From Candidatus Sungiibacteriota bacterium (GTDB taxonomy: Bacteria; Patescibacteriota; Minisyncoccia; Sungbacterales; JACQCQ01), in contig JACQCQ010000002.1 in NCBI GenBank assembly GCA_016201505.1, forward strand, positions 76,750 through 140,749: a stretch of DNA of 64,000 nucleotides, read 5' to 3'. Under the pieces are notes generated by a model. It worked only from the letters and a program-made list of their open reading frames with translations, made no database searches and had not been told where the DNA came from. Made by a program: the position numbers and the translations under genes. Positions 10,341-19,539 of this stretch are shown in pieces. Position 1 is the stretch's first letter; every line of letters starts with the position of its first letter.

Positions 10341-11804
10341 ATGGCCTATCCGCGAAAAGTTCTGCACTGGATAAACGATGCAGAGGTGAAGGCCTCCTCA
10401 AATTCGGTATTTAAAAAAATAAACCCGGCAACGGGCGCGGTTTTAGCCGAAGTTGCCCGCGGCAATACGGCAGACGTCGAAAAAGCAGTTGCGGCCGGCA
10501 AAGCCGCACTCCCAGCTTGGTCGCGGACGCTGGTCGTGCGTCGCGGCGAGATTCTGCGAAATGCGGTCCTGCTGATGATGCAAAAAAAAGCTGAAATCGC
10601 CGAAATCACGGCGAGAGAAAGCGGCAAGGCGGCGGCGCTCGCTTTAGGTGAAGCCAGCGCGGCCATCGAATGCGGGTTTTTCTTTGCCGGAGAAGGACGG
10701 CGCTATTTCGGCGAGGTCTTAACGTCCGCGGAGGCGCATCGCGAAGTAACCATGGTGCGGCAGGCCAGCGGGCTCGGTGTGCTGCTGACGCCATTTAATA
10801 ATCCCGCGCCGGGGGTTGCCTGGAAACTTTTTCCGGCGCTTCTCTGCGGAAACTCCGTGATTATCAAATCGCACGAGGACGTTCCGTATGTCGCCGTATG
10901 GTTTGCTAAAATTTTAAAAGAGGCGGGGTTACCGAAAGGCGTACTTTCGGTGGTGCAGGGAACGGGTTCCGAAGCCGGTGAGCCGCTGACCCGGCATCCC
11001 GATGTCGCCTTCATTAGTCTTACCGGGTCCCCCGCAACCGGTAAAAAAGTTTTACACGCCGCAGCCGATCGGCTGGCCAAAGTTTCGATTGAATCCGGCG
11101 GCAAAAATCCATTTATTGTTTGCGATGACGCGGATTTAGATCGGGCCGCAACGCTGGCTTCGGCCTCAGCCTTCATTGATGCCGGTCAGCGCTGTGCGGC
11201 CGCGAGCCGCATTATCGTAATGGAGGCCGTCTACGAAGAATTTAAGCAGAAATTATTGGAGCGGGTAAAAGCGCTTAAAGTCGGCGATCAAGAAGGAGAT
11301 AATTACGGCGCCATTATCAACGAAAAGCGCATGCGAGCCATTCTCGATTCGATTGAAACAGCCAAGACTCGTGGTGCGCGTGTTGTATGCGGCGGCGAGC
11401 GGCTCACTGATGAATCTCATAAAAACGGATTTTTCATTTCGCCTGCCGTTCTTGAGGAGGTAGATCCGGATGACGAGATTTCACAAAAAGAAATCTTCGG
11501 ACCGGTGACGATTCTCTACCGCGTGAAGACATTTGACGAGGCGGTGGCGCTTGCCAACAATTCGCCGTTTCGATTATCGAGCGCTTTGCACACCAAAAGC
11601 ATCCATCGTGCGCAAGAATTTAAAGAGCAGTACCGCGGCGGGGTCGTGCGCATCAACGGCGCAACGCACGGCAGTGAGCCGCATATGCCCTTTGGCGGAC
11701 TCGGCCTTTCGGGCAACGGCTGGCGCGAGCCGGGAACGAAGGCACTCGACTTTTATTCCGAGTGGAAGCAAATCTCGACAGATCATGATCCGTTAAAAAT
11801 TTAG
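10341..11804 (+). CDS. Aldehyde dehydrogenase family protein
   Basis: LTGS, ESGGKNP, AGQRC, EIFGPV and PFGG motifs. Confidence 0.93.
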   Translation: MAYPRKVLHWINDAEVKASSNSVFKKINPATGAVLAEVARGNTADVEKAVAAGKAALPAWSRTLVVRRGEILRNAVLLMMQKKAEIAEITARESGKAAALALGEASAAIECGFFFAGEGRRYFGEVLTSAEAHREVTMVRQASGLGVLLTPFNNPAPGVAWKLFPALLCGNSVIIKSHEDVPYVAVWFAKILKEAGLPKGVLSVVQGTGSEAGEPLTRHPDVAFISLTGSPATGKKVLHAAADRLAKVSIESGGKNPFIVCDDADLDRAATLASASAFIDAGQRCAAASRIIVMEAVYEEFKQKLLERVKALKVGDQEGDNYGAIINEKRMRAILDSIETAKTRGARVVCGGERLTDESHKNGFFISPAVLEEVDPDDEISQKEIFGPVTILYRVKTFDEAVALANNSPFRLSSALHTKSIHRAQEFKEQYRGGVVRINGATHGSEPHMPFGGLGLSGNGWREPGTKALDFYSEWKQISTDHDPLKI

Positions 11805-11814
11805 ATTAATTTAT

Positions 11815-13746
11815 ATGGGAGAATTAGGCGGGGTTATTACCGAAACGGCGAAAAGCCTTCAGTTCATACCGCTGTCCGAAATAAAGCGCGTCAAGAAAAG
11901 TATTCATGATCCGGTAAGCCGGGCAAAAATCTTGGCCGATATCTTTCGCCTAAACGCTCTTTATATGATTATGAATGCTGGTTCGGGCCATATCGGATCC
12001 TCATTTTCGGCGATGGATATTGTCACCTGGCTTTGGACTGAAGTTCTTAAAAATCCTAACAATGTCCGCGCCCAAGAATCGGATATTTATTTTTCCTCCA
12101 AAGGACATGACGCGCCGGGCCTCTACGCGGTGATGGCGGGCATTGGCAAGCTCGATTTTGATTTGATTCACGCACTGCGAAGAATGAACGGGTTACCGGG
12201 ACATCCGGATGTGGCAACACCGGGCATCGCCGCAAATACCGGTGCGTTGGGGATGGGAATTTCAAAAGCGAAGGGCATGGCGCTTGCGCGAAGGCTCGAA
12301 AATAAAAAGGGCACGATTTATGTCTTGACCGGCGATGGTGAATTGCAGGAAGGCCAGTTCTGGGAATCGCTTCAGCCAACGGCCAATGCAAAATTATCCG
12401 AGATTGTCGTCATCATCGATCATAATAAAATTCAGTCTGACACCTGGGTGCGCGAGACGAGTGATCTCGGCGATCTGGAATACAAGTTAAGAGCTTTTAG
12501 CTGGGAGGTCGCGCGATGTAATGGAAATGATGTTTTGGAGATAAAAGAGAAACTCGAATATTTTAGAAGTATCACTGATAAACCAAAGATGTTAATCGCC
12601 GATACGAAAAAGGGAGCTGGCGTCTCATTCATGGAGGAAGTCGCCGAAGATGGATTTTATAAATTTCATAGCGGGGCGCCTTCGCTCGGTGATTATGAGC
12701 GGGCAACGCGTGAATTGGTTGAAAAGATTAATCAGAGGCTCGGTGAGGTTTGGGTTCAGCCAATACAGATTGAAACGCGGAGCATGCCGGCTCGAACGAC
12801 CCCACAAAATCCTGAGAGGCTCGTTTCTGCCTATAGCGATGAATTGATTGCGCTCGCGAAAGAAAATAAAGACATCCTAGCGCTCGACGCCGACCTCATT
12901 TTAGACACAGGACTCATCCCATTTAAAAAACAATTTCCCGATAGATTTTTCGAGTGCGGGATTGCCGAGCAAGACATGGTCTCCACCGCGGGAGGCATGG
13001 CGCTCGCCGGGAAAATTCCGATTGTGCATTCGTTTGCTTGTTTCCTTTCAACTCGGCCGAACGAGCAGATCTATAACAATATTACGGAAAAGAAAAAGGT
13101 GATTTACGTTGCCTCGCTTGCGGGAGTTCTGCCTGCCGGTCCCGGGCACTCGCATCAATCGGTGCGCGACATTTCAGCCGTCGGCGGAATGCCGGGACTC
13201 ATCTTGATTGAGCCGGCGAATGAAGCGGAGACGAAAATGGCGCTTCGCTGGGCGGTTAATGAGAATACAGAAAGCACCTATCTTCGACTAGTCAGCATCC
13301 CATCGGAAATCAATTATAAGCTTCCGCACGCTCACCAATTGATCCGCGGGCAGGGGGTAAAGATTAAAGACGGAAATAAGGCTCTTATCATTTCGTATGG
13401 CCCCTCGATGCTGATTCAGGCAGTGAAGGCGGCGGAGATTCTCGATCGAAAAAGTATTTCAACGGCAGTCATCAATATGCCGTGGTTAAATTGTGTTGAC
13501 GCAAGTTGGCTGGAAAAAGAAATTCAGGGATTTTCGCTGGTTATGACGCTCGACGATCACTATACGAATTTTGGCCAGGGGATGCTGATTGCTGGCGAGT
13601 TGGGAAAAATAAATTTTCGAGGGAAAATTATAACACATGGTATAATGTATGAAATCCCCGCCTCGGGACAAAACACGGAAGTTTTGAAATATCACAAACT
13701 GTATGCGGAGTCTTTAGCGGCGATGGTTCAGGAAGGTATTGGATAA
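11815..13746 (+). CDS. Single-chain transketolase-like ThDP enzyme
   Basis: GSGH, SKGH, GDGELQEG, GIAEQ and GHSHQ; N and C domains fused. Confidence 0.88.
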   Translation: MGELGGVITETAKSLQFIPLSEIKRVKKSIHDPVSRAKILADIFRLNALYMIMNAGSGHIGSSFSAMDIVTWLWTEVLKNPNNVRAQESDIYFSSKGHDAPGLYAVMAGIGKLDFDLIHALRRMNGLPGHPDVATPGIAANTGALGMGISKAKGMALARRLENKKGTIYVLTGDGELQEGQFWESLQPTANAKLSEIVVIIDHNKIQSDTWVRETSDLGDLEYKLRAFSWEVARCNGNDVLEIKEKLEYFRSITDKPKMLIADTKKGAGVSFMEEVAEDGFYKFHSGAPSLGDYERATRELVEKINQRLGEVWVQPIQIETRSMPARTTPQNPERLVSAYSDELIALAKENKDILALDADLILDTGLIPFKKQFPDRFFECGIAEQDMVSTAGGMALAGKIPIVHSFACFLSTRPNEQIYNNITEKKKVIYVASLAGVLPAGPGHSHQSVRDISAVGGMPGLILIEPANEAETKMALRWAVNENTESTYLRLVSIPSEINYKLPHAHQLIRGQGVKIKDGNKALIISYGPSMLIQAVKAAEILDRKSISTAVINMPWLNCVDASWLEKEIQGFSLVMTLDDHYTNFGQGMLIAGELGKINFRGKIITHGIMYEIPASGQNTEVLKYHKLYAESLAAMVQEGIG

Positions 13747-14317
13747 AAGAGAGATCATGGAGGGACTGACAAAAATCCAGGGGGAACGACTAGCTGCCGT
13801 TAAAGCACTCATCACGGACTGCGATGGTGTTTTTAACACAGGACATGTGTTTGATGGGCCCGGTGTGCCATCACGCAAGATGCGCACGCATCATGACAGC
13901 ATGGGGTTTGAGCTCCTGCGCCGCGCGGGGATACCGGTTTTGATTTTAACCGCTGAAGCCGAGGACTACATCAAGCCGGTGGCCGAAAAAATGACGCGCG
14001 CCTTTCCGGCCGTGCCGGTTGAATACGCGGCAAACGTCAAGGGTAAGGCGAAAATCGAAGTCGCCGAGAATTGGCTCATTCCTAAAGGAGTTACACTCGC
14101 CGAGGCAGCCTATATGGGGGATGACATCGGCGATTACAAATTGCTGATGGCGGCAGGCTTTGCTGCCGCCCCGAGCCAGGCAAATCGGATTCTCGATCAC
14201 GTCCCAAATCTTTGGAGATCGTCTTGTCGCGGCGGCGACGGCGCCATCCGGGAACTCTGTGATCTGATCCTTGAAGCCAAAGGCATCGATCCATTGAACC
14301 TTGTCGCCGATCGCTAG
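13739..14317 (+). CDS. KdsC-like HAD phosphatase (KDO8P/KDN9P phosphatase family)
   Basis: DCDGV, YMGDDIGD and GGDGAIRE motifs. Confidence 0.85.
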   Translation: MDKREIMEGLTKIQGERLAAVKALITDCDGVFNTGHVFDGPGVPSRKMRTHHDSMGFELLRRAGIPVLILTAEAEDYIKPVAEKMTRAFPAVPVEYAANVKGKAKIEVAENWLIPKGVTLAEAAYMGDDIGDYKLLMAAGFAAAPSQANRILDHVPNLWRSSCRGGDGAIRELCDLILEAKGIDPLNLVADR

Positions 14318-14479
14318 TTTTTTTGGGGCTTACATTCTCATGGCTCCAGCAGTCGGGTTCGTTTTTGTCCGCCGCACGAGTGCAGCAGCCGCTTATTTTT
14401 TCACTAGACATTTTAGCCGAATCTGGTATTTTAACGCTGAAACAAAGTCGGTTGTATTTTCGTTGTAGATTGTAAAAGG

Positions 14480-15577
14480 ATGAGATTTCCCCTAGGAGCA
14501 AAACTAAAGCGATTAATCACGACCTTACCCCATAAGGTAAAGGTCGGGAGTCAGTATGTCGGCCAAGGCAAGCCGGTATTTTGCATTGCCGAGATCGGTA
14601 ACAACCACAACGGCGATTTCGAGCTGGCTAAAAGAACGATTGAGGCCGCTAAAGACGCGGGAGCCCAGGCCGTGAAGTTCCAACGCCGAGCCGTAGAAGC
14701 CGTATTTGTGCGCGAGATGCGCGAGATGGCGTACGATAACCCGCGCTCGATGGCTCCAACCTACGGCGAGCATCGAAAAAAGCTTGAACTCCCGATTGAA
14801 CAGCTCCGCGAGTTAAAAGAATTTTCGGAGAGTCTGGGTCTGGTATTTTTTGTGACTCCCTTTGATAAAAAAAGCGCCGACGATCTTGAATCAATCAATA
14901 TTGGGGCCTACAAAATCGCTTCGTTTGATGTGACCAATCTTTCGCTTCTGGGCCATGTTGCTAAAAAGGGCAAGCCGATTCTGCTTTCAACCGGCGGCTC
15001 GACGCTTGAAGAAATAGATACGGCCATTGAGACGATTTTAAAATACAACAATCGGCTGATTGTAAATCACTGCACCTCGATGTATCCCACACCGGATGAG
15101 AATTTAGATTTAAACATGCTGCCGGTATTGCGGGAGCGATATAAACCTTTGCCGATCGGCTACTCGGGGCATGAGCCGGATTTTCTGCCTTCTGTTATCG
15201 CAGTGGCGCTCGGCGCTTCGGCTGTTGAGCGTCATTTTACGATGGACAAAACCATGCGCGGATCGGATCACCACATGTCGATTGAGCCCCCGGAGTTTAA
15301 AAAGATGGTAGATGACATTAGACGAATTACGGTTGCGCTTGGCGCCAAGGAAAAACGCATCCATGCCGGCGAAATTCCCATCCGCGAAAAACATGCTAAA
15401 AGCCTAGCCACCCGTGTCCGCATTCCGAAAGGCGCCGTGATTACGCGCGCGATGCTGACCGTCAAAAGTCCGGGTACGGGGCTCAAGCCCTCGATGGTTG
15501 ATTTCATTGTCGGTAAAACGGCGCGCTACGACATTGACGAGGACGCATTGATTAAAACCGATTCATTTGAAGTCTAG
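14480..15577 (+). CDS. neuB: N-acetylneuraminate synthase family with C-terminal SAF domain
   Basis: IAEIGNNHNGD, KFQ, KIAS, HCTSMYP, GYSGHE, ERHFT and KSPGTG. Confidence 0.92.
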   Translation: MRFPLGAKLKRLITTLPHKVKVGSQYVGQGKPVFCIAEIGNNHNGDFELAKRTIEAAKDAGAQAVKFQRRAVEAVFVREMREMAYDNPRSMAPTYGEHRKKLELPIEQLRELKEFSESLGLVFFVTPFDKKSADDLESINIGAYKIASFDVTNLSLLGHVAKKGKPILLSTGGSTLEEIDTAIETILKYNNRLIVNHCTSMYPTPDENLDLNMLPVLRERYKPLPIGYSGHEPDFLPSVIAVALGASAVERHFTMDKTMRGSDHHMSIEPPEFKKMVDDIRRITVALGAKEKRIHAGEIPIREKHAKSLATRVRIPKGAVITRAMLTVKSPGTGLKPSMVDFIVGKTARYDIDEDALIKTDSFEV

Positions 15578-15578
15578 A

Positions 15579-15611
15579 AATTGAAAATCCGCCGAGAGCG
15601 GATTTTCAATT
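15579..15611. terminator. Intrinsic terminator-like hairpin after neuB
   Basis: AATTGAAAATCCGC-cgaga-GCGGATTTTCAATT. Confidence 0.7.
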
Positions 15612-15763
15612 GCAATTTAGCTAATGCTTCGCTATCATTTTGTGGTATGCCAACTCAAGTTTCCCCCAAGTCTAATGCCGATCAATATCACGGAGTGATT
15701 TTGAGAACGGCGGACGTAACAAGGTCGGATAGGAATTTAGGTCTGGGGAAAATTTAAGCGGGT

Positions 15764-16352
15764 ATGAATCCCGTTAGAAGCCGCGATCGCATACACGGGG
15801 TACAATGGTATGAAGCTCCTCAACATGAATAGTTTAACTCGAGCGATAACGCGAATGATCGCGATCTGCTTCTAACGGGATGAATCCCGTTAGAAGCCGC
15901 GATCGCATACACGGGGTACAATGGTATGAAGCTCCTCAACATCCTCAACATGAATAGTTTAACTCGAGCGATAGCGCGGATGATCGCGATCCCGCTACCA
16001 CAAATCCTTCTTGGATCTGGCTACGGGACAAGCATACTATGACAGATGTATTATTAACTACGACTCGCCCCGTAGTCACCGAGTCTATGAGGTGTACTCA
16101 CGGGGTCTGCTTCTAACGGGATGAATCCCGTTAGAAGCCGCGATCGCGAAAACCAATCTTTCCGAGAGTTTATTTTAATACTTAATGTTAGGCAGACTCC
16201 GCGTTTGATCGCGATCCCGCTACCACAAATCCTCCATGGATTTGGCTACGGGACTAGAGAGCTATGACAGGCTTACTATTAACTACGGCTCGCCCCGTAG
16301 TCACCGAGCACGTGAGGTGTACTACTGGGGTCTGCTTCTAAACGGGATGAAT
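15764..16352. mobile_element. Tandem array of three MITE-like elements located at a start codon
   Basis: Units bounded by TCCCGTTAGAAGC...GCTTCTAACGGG (third right end has one extra A); ATGAAT at 15764, 15880, 16121 and 16347. Confidence 0.8.
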
Positions 16353-18569
16353 TCAGGCAGGACTCTTGAGATCTGGCTTTCCAATATCGTGAAATGGGGC
16401 CTGTTTTTGATTTTGCCCCTGCCGCTGGTGGTTTGGGGCATCTTTTTATTTCCCTATATCACCGGGCGCAATTTTTTATTTCGCATCTTGATTGAAATTT
16501 TGGCGGCCCTGTGGGTCGGGCTGCTGGTTCTTTCTAAAACCTATCGGCCGCGGCTTACCTGGCTGACGCGCGCGGTCGCGGTCTTTCTGTTTGTCGTGAC
16601 CCTGGCTGACTTGTTCGGCATTAATCCCTATCGCAGTTTTTGGTCGAACAACGAACGCATGGAGGGGCTTATCGCTTTACTCCATATGGTGCTGTTTTAT
16701 TTCATTGCGAGTTCGGTATTTAGAAAGTACACGCACTGGAAAGCGTTTTTCTACACCTCAACGGCTATAAGCTTGTTGGTCGCGCTCTATGGGCTCGCGC
16801 AGAAATTCGGCCTGGCTCAATCTATCCAAGGCGGTACGCGCGTTGATGGAACGATCGGCAATCCGGATTATTTAGCCTCCTATTTGATGTTCCATATTTT
16901 CTTCTTACTCTTTTTTCTCTGGCGTGAACGAATTGCGTTGCTGCGGTGGTTTTCATGGGCGGTGATCGTCTTCGAATTCTACATTATTTATTTAACGGCC
17001 ACGCGGGGGGTTGTGCTCGCCATGCTCACGGCTTTCGGCCTGGTGACAATCGTATTTGCCATCCGCAGGCCGAAAGATCGGGTTGAAAACATTTTACGCC
17101 GGGTTTCTATATCGGCACTCGCCGTCATCATAATCGCGGTCGGTTCAATTTTTCTTCTGCGCCACGACCCGCGTATTTTACAAAATCCGGTGCTTTCGCG
17201 ATTCGCTACCATTTCGACTCAAGATCGGACCGTTCAGTCGCGATTTTTTATATGGCATATCGCTTGGCAGGGAGTAAAAGAGCATCCCGTGCTCGGCTGG
17301 GGTCAGGAGAACTTCTATTACGTGTTTAATAAATATTTTGATCCGCATCTCTGGTCATCGGAGCCGTGGTTCGATCGGTCACACGACATTTTCTTCGACT
17401 GGCTGATTCACGCCGGCGTCTTGGGGCTTCTTTCATATCTTTCGGTTCTGGCCGCCGGGTTTTACACCATCTGGCGGGCGCAAAAGCTAGAGGCGATCTC
17501 TTTCTATGAGATGATGATCCTGGGAGGTGTCTTGCTCGCCTATTTCCTGCAGAATATTTTTGTCTTTGATAATTTCCAGACGTACTTCTTATTGTTTGTA
17601 ACCTTAGGCTTTGCCGAGTTTCTAATACTCCGCGGCGAGGAAAGTAAAACACTGATGGCCCCAGTCGTGCCAAATCGGCTGCCTATGGCGCTTGGTATAA
17701 CATCCGGCGCAGGCATTGTTACACTCATTCTCATTTACCTCTTGAATGTAAAGCCCATGATCGCGTCAGCCGATTTGATCGGTGCATTGCAATTGCAAAG
17801 CCAGCACGCTTCCGTCAACGATGTAAAAGCCCAGTTTCAAAAGGTCTACGATGCGGATACCTTTGTCAGCGGCGAGGCAACGGAGCAGTTAGCCGCCATG
17901 GTACGAGGGGTATTGTCGTCAGCTACGCCGCAGGATGCCAAAAGTTTTATTGACTTTGCTGTTCTCCACCTGCAGGATCTTACTAATATAGCAAATCCGG
18001 ATGCGAAACACCTGCTTTTCCTTGGTTCTGCTTTTAACACGGGCGTCCGATTCGATCAGGCCTATGCCCAAAAGGCTCTCGATGCTCTCAATAAGGCTAA
18101 AAACCTGGCACCCCAAAAACAGCAGATTTATTTTGAACTAGCGAACACGTATTTGATCGCGGGGAATTTAAATGACGCCATCCAGACTCTGCAGCGGGTA
18201 GTGGATCTTGACCCAGCCTACCCAGGGGCAGAGTTAAATCTCGGCATTGTGGCGCTGCTTGCCGCTAGACGCGATATTGCCGATCCGGCCATCGCGAGAT
18301 ACGAAAGTCTTCCCAAAGCGCCGGACGCCAGTGAATTAGAGAGGCTCGTCCAGGTGTATATTCAGGTGAGCGATATGAAAGGCGCGAGACGTGTCATGGA
18401 AGAACTGTTGAAAATCGATGACCGCAACTCACAGTATTGGGCTCAATATGCCGCTATCCTGGCTGCACTGGGCGATAAGACTGACGCCAAAACGGCTGCG
18501 GAAAAAGCGGCCGAAATCGATCCCAGTCTCAACACCGAACTGCAGCAGTTTTTGAAGACGCTTAAATAA
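16347..18569 (+). CDS. O-antigen-ligase-like membrane protein with C-terminal TPR repeats
   Basis: GTIGNPDYLA, TATRG, GWGQENF and RSHD motifs, then TPR-like helices; the ORF-track 5' extension lies in repeat DNA, so ATG 16347 is preferred. Confidence 0.85.
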   Translation: MNSGRTLEIWLSNIVKWGLFLILPLPLVVWGIFLFPYITGRNFLFRILIEILAALWVGLLVLSKTYRPRLTWLTRAVAVFLFVVTLADLFGINPYRSFWSNNERMEGLIALLHMVLFYFIASSVFRKYTHWKAFFYTSTAISLLVALYGLAQKFGLAQSIQGGTRVDGTIGNPDYLASYLMFHIFFLLFFLWRERIALLRWFSWAVIVFEFYIIYLTATRGVVLAMLTAFGLVTIVFAIRRPKDRVENILRRVSISALAVIIIAVGSIFLLRHDPRILQNPVLSRFATISTQDRTVQSRFFIWHIAWQGVKEHPVLGWGQENFYYVFNKYFDPHLWSSEPWFDRSHDIFFDWLIHAGVLGLLSYLSVLAAGFYTIWRAQKLEAISFYEMMILGGVLLAYFLQNIFVFDNFQTYFLLFVTLGFAEFLILRGEESKTLMAPVVPNRLPMALGITSGAGIVTLILIYLLNVKPMIASADLIGALQLQSQHASVNDVKAQFQKVYDADTFVSGEATEQLAAMVRGVLSSATPQDAKSFIDFAVLHLQDLTNIANPDAKHLLFLGSAFNTGVRFDQAYAQKALDALNKAKNLAPQKQQIYFELANTYLIAGNLNDAIQTLQRVVDLDPAYPGAELNLGIVALLAARRDIADPAIARYESLPKAPDASELERLVQVYIQVSDMKGARRVMEELLKIDDRNSQYWAQYAAILAALGDKTDAKTAAEKAAEIDPSLNTELQQFLKTLK

Positions 18570-18612
18570 TCCCAAAGAAACTTTCTACTTTTCTCGTCGG
18601 TTATAAAGTAGG

Positions 18613-19539
18613 ATGAGACAGCAAAAGCTTGCGGTGGGCGTTGTGGGGGTTGGCATGGTAGGTACGCCCCTAGCTCGCTGGTTTTTAGAACGTCAGGGTT
18701 ACGTGCGCCGGGAGAATCTTTTTTTGTCTGACCTTAAGCCCGAAAAGGAAATGCCCGATGACGTCAATCAAGCTGACGTTATTTTTATTTCAGTTCCCAC
18801 GCCGTCCCTCGGCGATAGATCCTGTGATATCTCGCGGGTGGCACATGCGATCCAATCTATTAGCGGTGAAAAGATTATTGTTATCAAATCGACTGTGCCG
18901 CCCGGAACGACCGAACATTTCCAAAATCTTTATCCAAGACATAAGTTTTTATTTAATCCCGAGAATTTAACCGAACGGAATGCCTGGGAAGATTTTGTCC
19001 GGCCTGACGCCCAGATTGTAGGTTTTACCGAACACGCCAAAGATGCTGCTATGCCGGTCCTGGCGTTATTGCCGAAAGCTCCTTTCATGTCGCCTTGGGG
19101 GATACAGACCTATCGACGAACCAGTATTACGGCCACCGAGGCAGAGATAATTAAATATGCGCGGAACGTGTTTTTTGCGCGTAAGGTGGTCTTCGCCAAC
19201 CTTTTGGCGAAGTTTTCTAAAGCCATGGGCGCGGATTATGAAAACGTGCGCAGTGGCATGTCGGCTGACTTTCGTGTCGGCGACTCGCACCTGGATGTAC
19301 ATCACAACGCTTACCTAGGATTTGGTGGATACTGCTTGCCCAAAGATGTCGACGCGTTTATCGCCGAATTAAAGAAGAAGAATTTGACCAAGGAAGCAGC
19401 CGTCGTTCTGGCTGATCGGGAATATAATCGGAAGCTATTGCTATCCCAGGGCCTTACGCTTGAGGATGCGAGTGTTCATGACGGTGAGTGGATCAAGCGT
19501 AAAATTGCGCAGACGGCATCACTACCTTCCGGCGCGTGA
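18613..19539 (+). CDS. UDP-glucose/GDP-mannose dehydrogenase family, short form lacking the C-terminal domain
   Basis: GVGMVG, SVPTP, KSTVPPGT, FNPE and GFGGYCLPKD. Confidence 0.85.
   Translation: MRQQKLAVGVVGVGMVGTPLARWFLERQGYVRRENLFLSDLKPEKEMPDDVNQADVIFISVPTPSLGDRSCDISRVAHAIQSISGEKIIVIKSTVPPGTTEHFQNLYPRHKFLFNPENLTERNAWEDFVRPDAQIVGFTEHAKDAAMPVLALLPKAPFMSPWGIQTYRRTSITATEAEIIKYARNVFFARKVVFANLLAKFSKAMGADYENVRSGMSADFRVGDSHLDVHHNAYLGFGGYCLPKDVDAFIAELKKKNLTKEAAVVLADREYNRKLLLSQGLTLEDASVHDGEWIKRKIAQTASLPSGA

Noticed and set aside
15647-15757. 36-aa ORF MPTQVSPK... upstream of the repeat array
   Set aside because: No SD, motif or compositional support.
16236-16346. N-terminal extension MDLATG... 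of the O-antigen-ligase-like ORF
   Set aside because: Lies entirely in repeat-element DNA; ATG 16347 is more plausible.
15764-16352. CRISPR array
   Set aside because: Unit lengths are unequal (about 116-241 bp), interiors are partly shared, a solo copy exists at 58881 and no cas operon is present; IR-bounded elements fit better.
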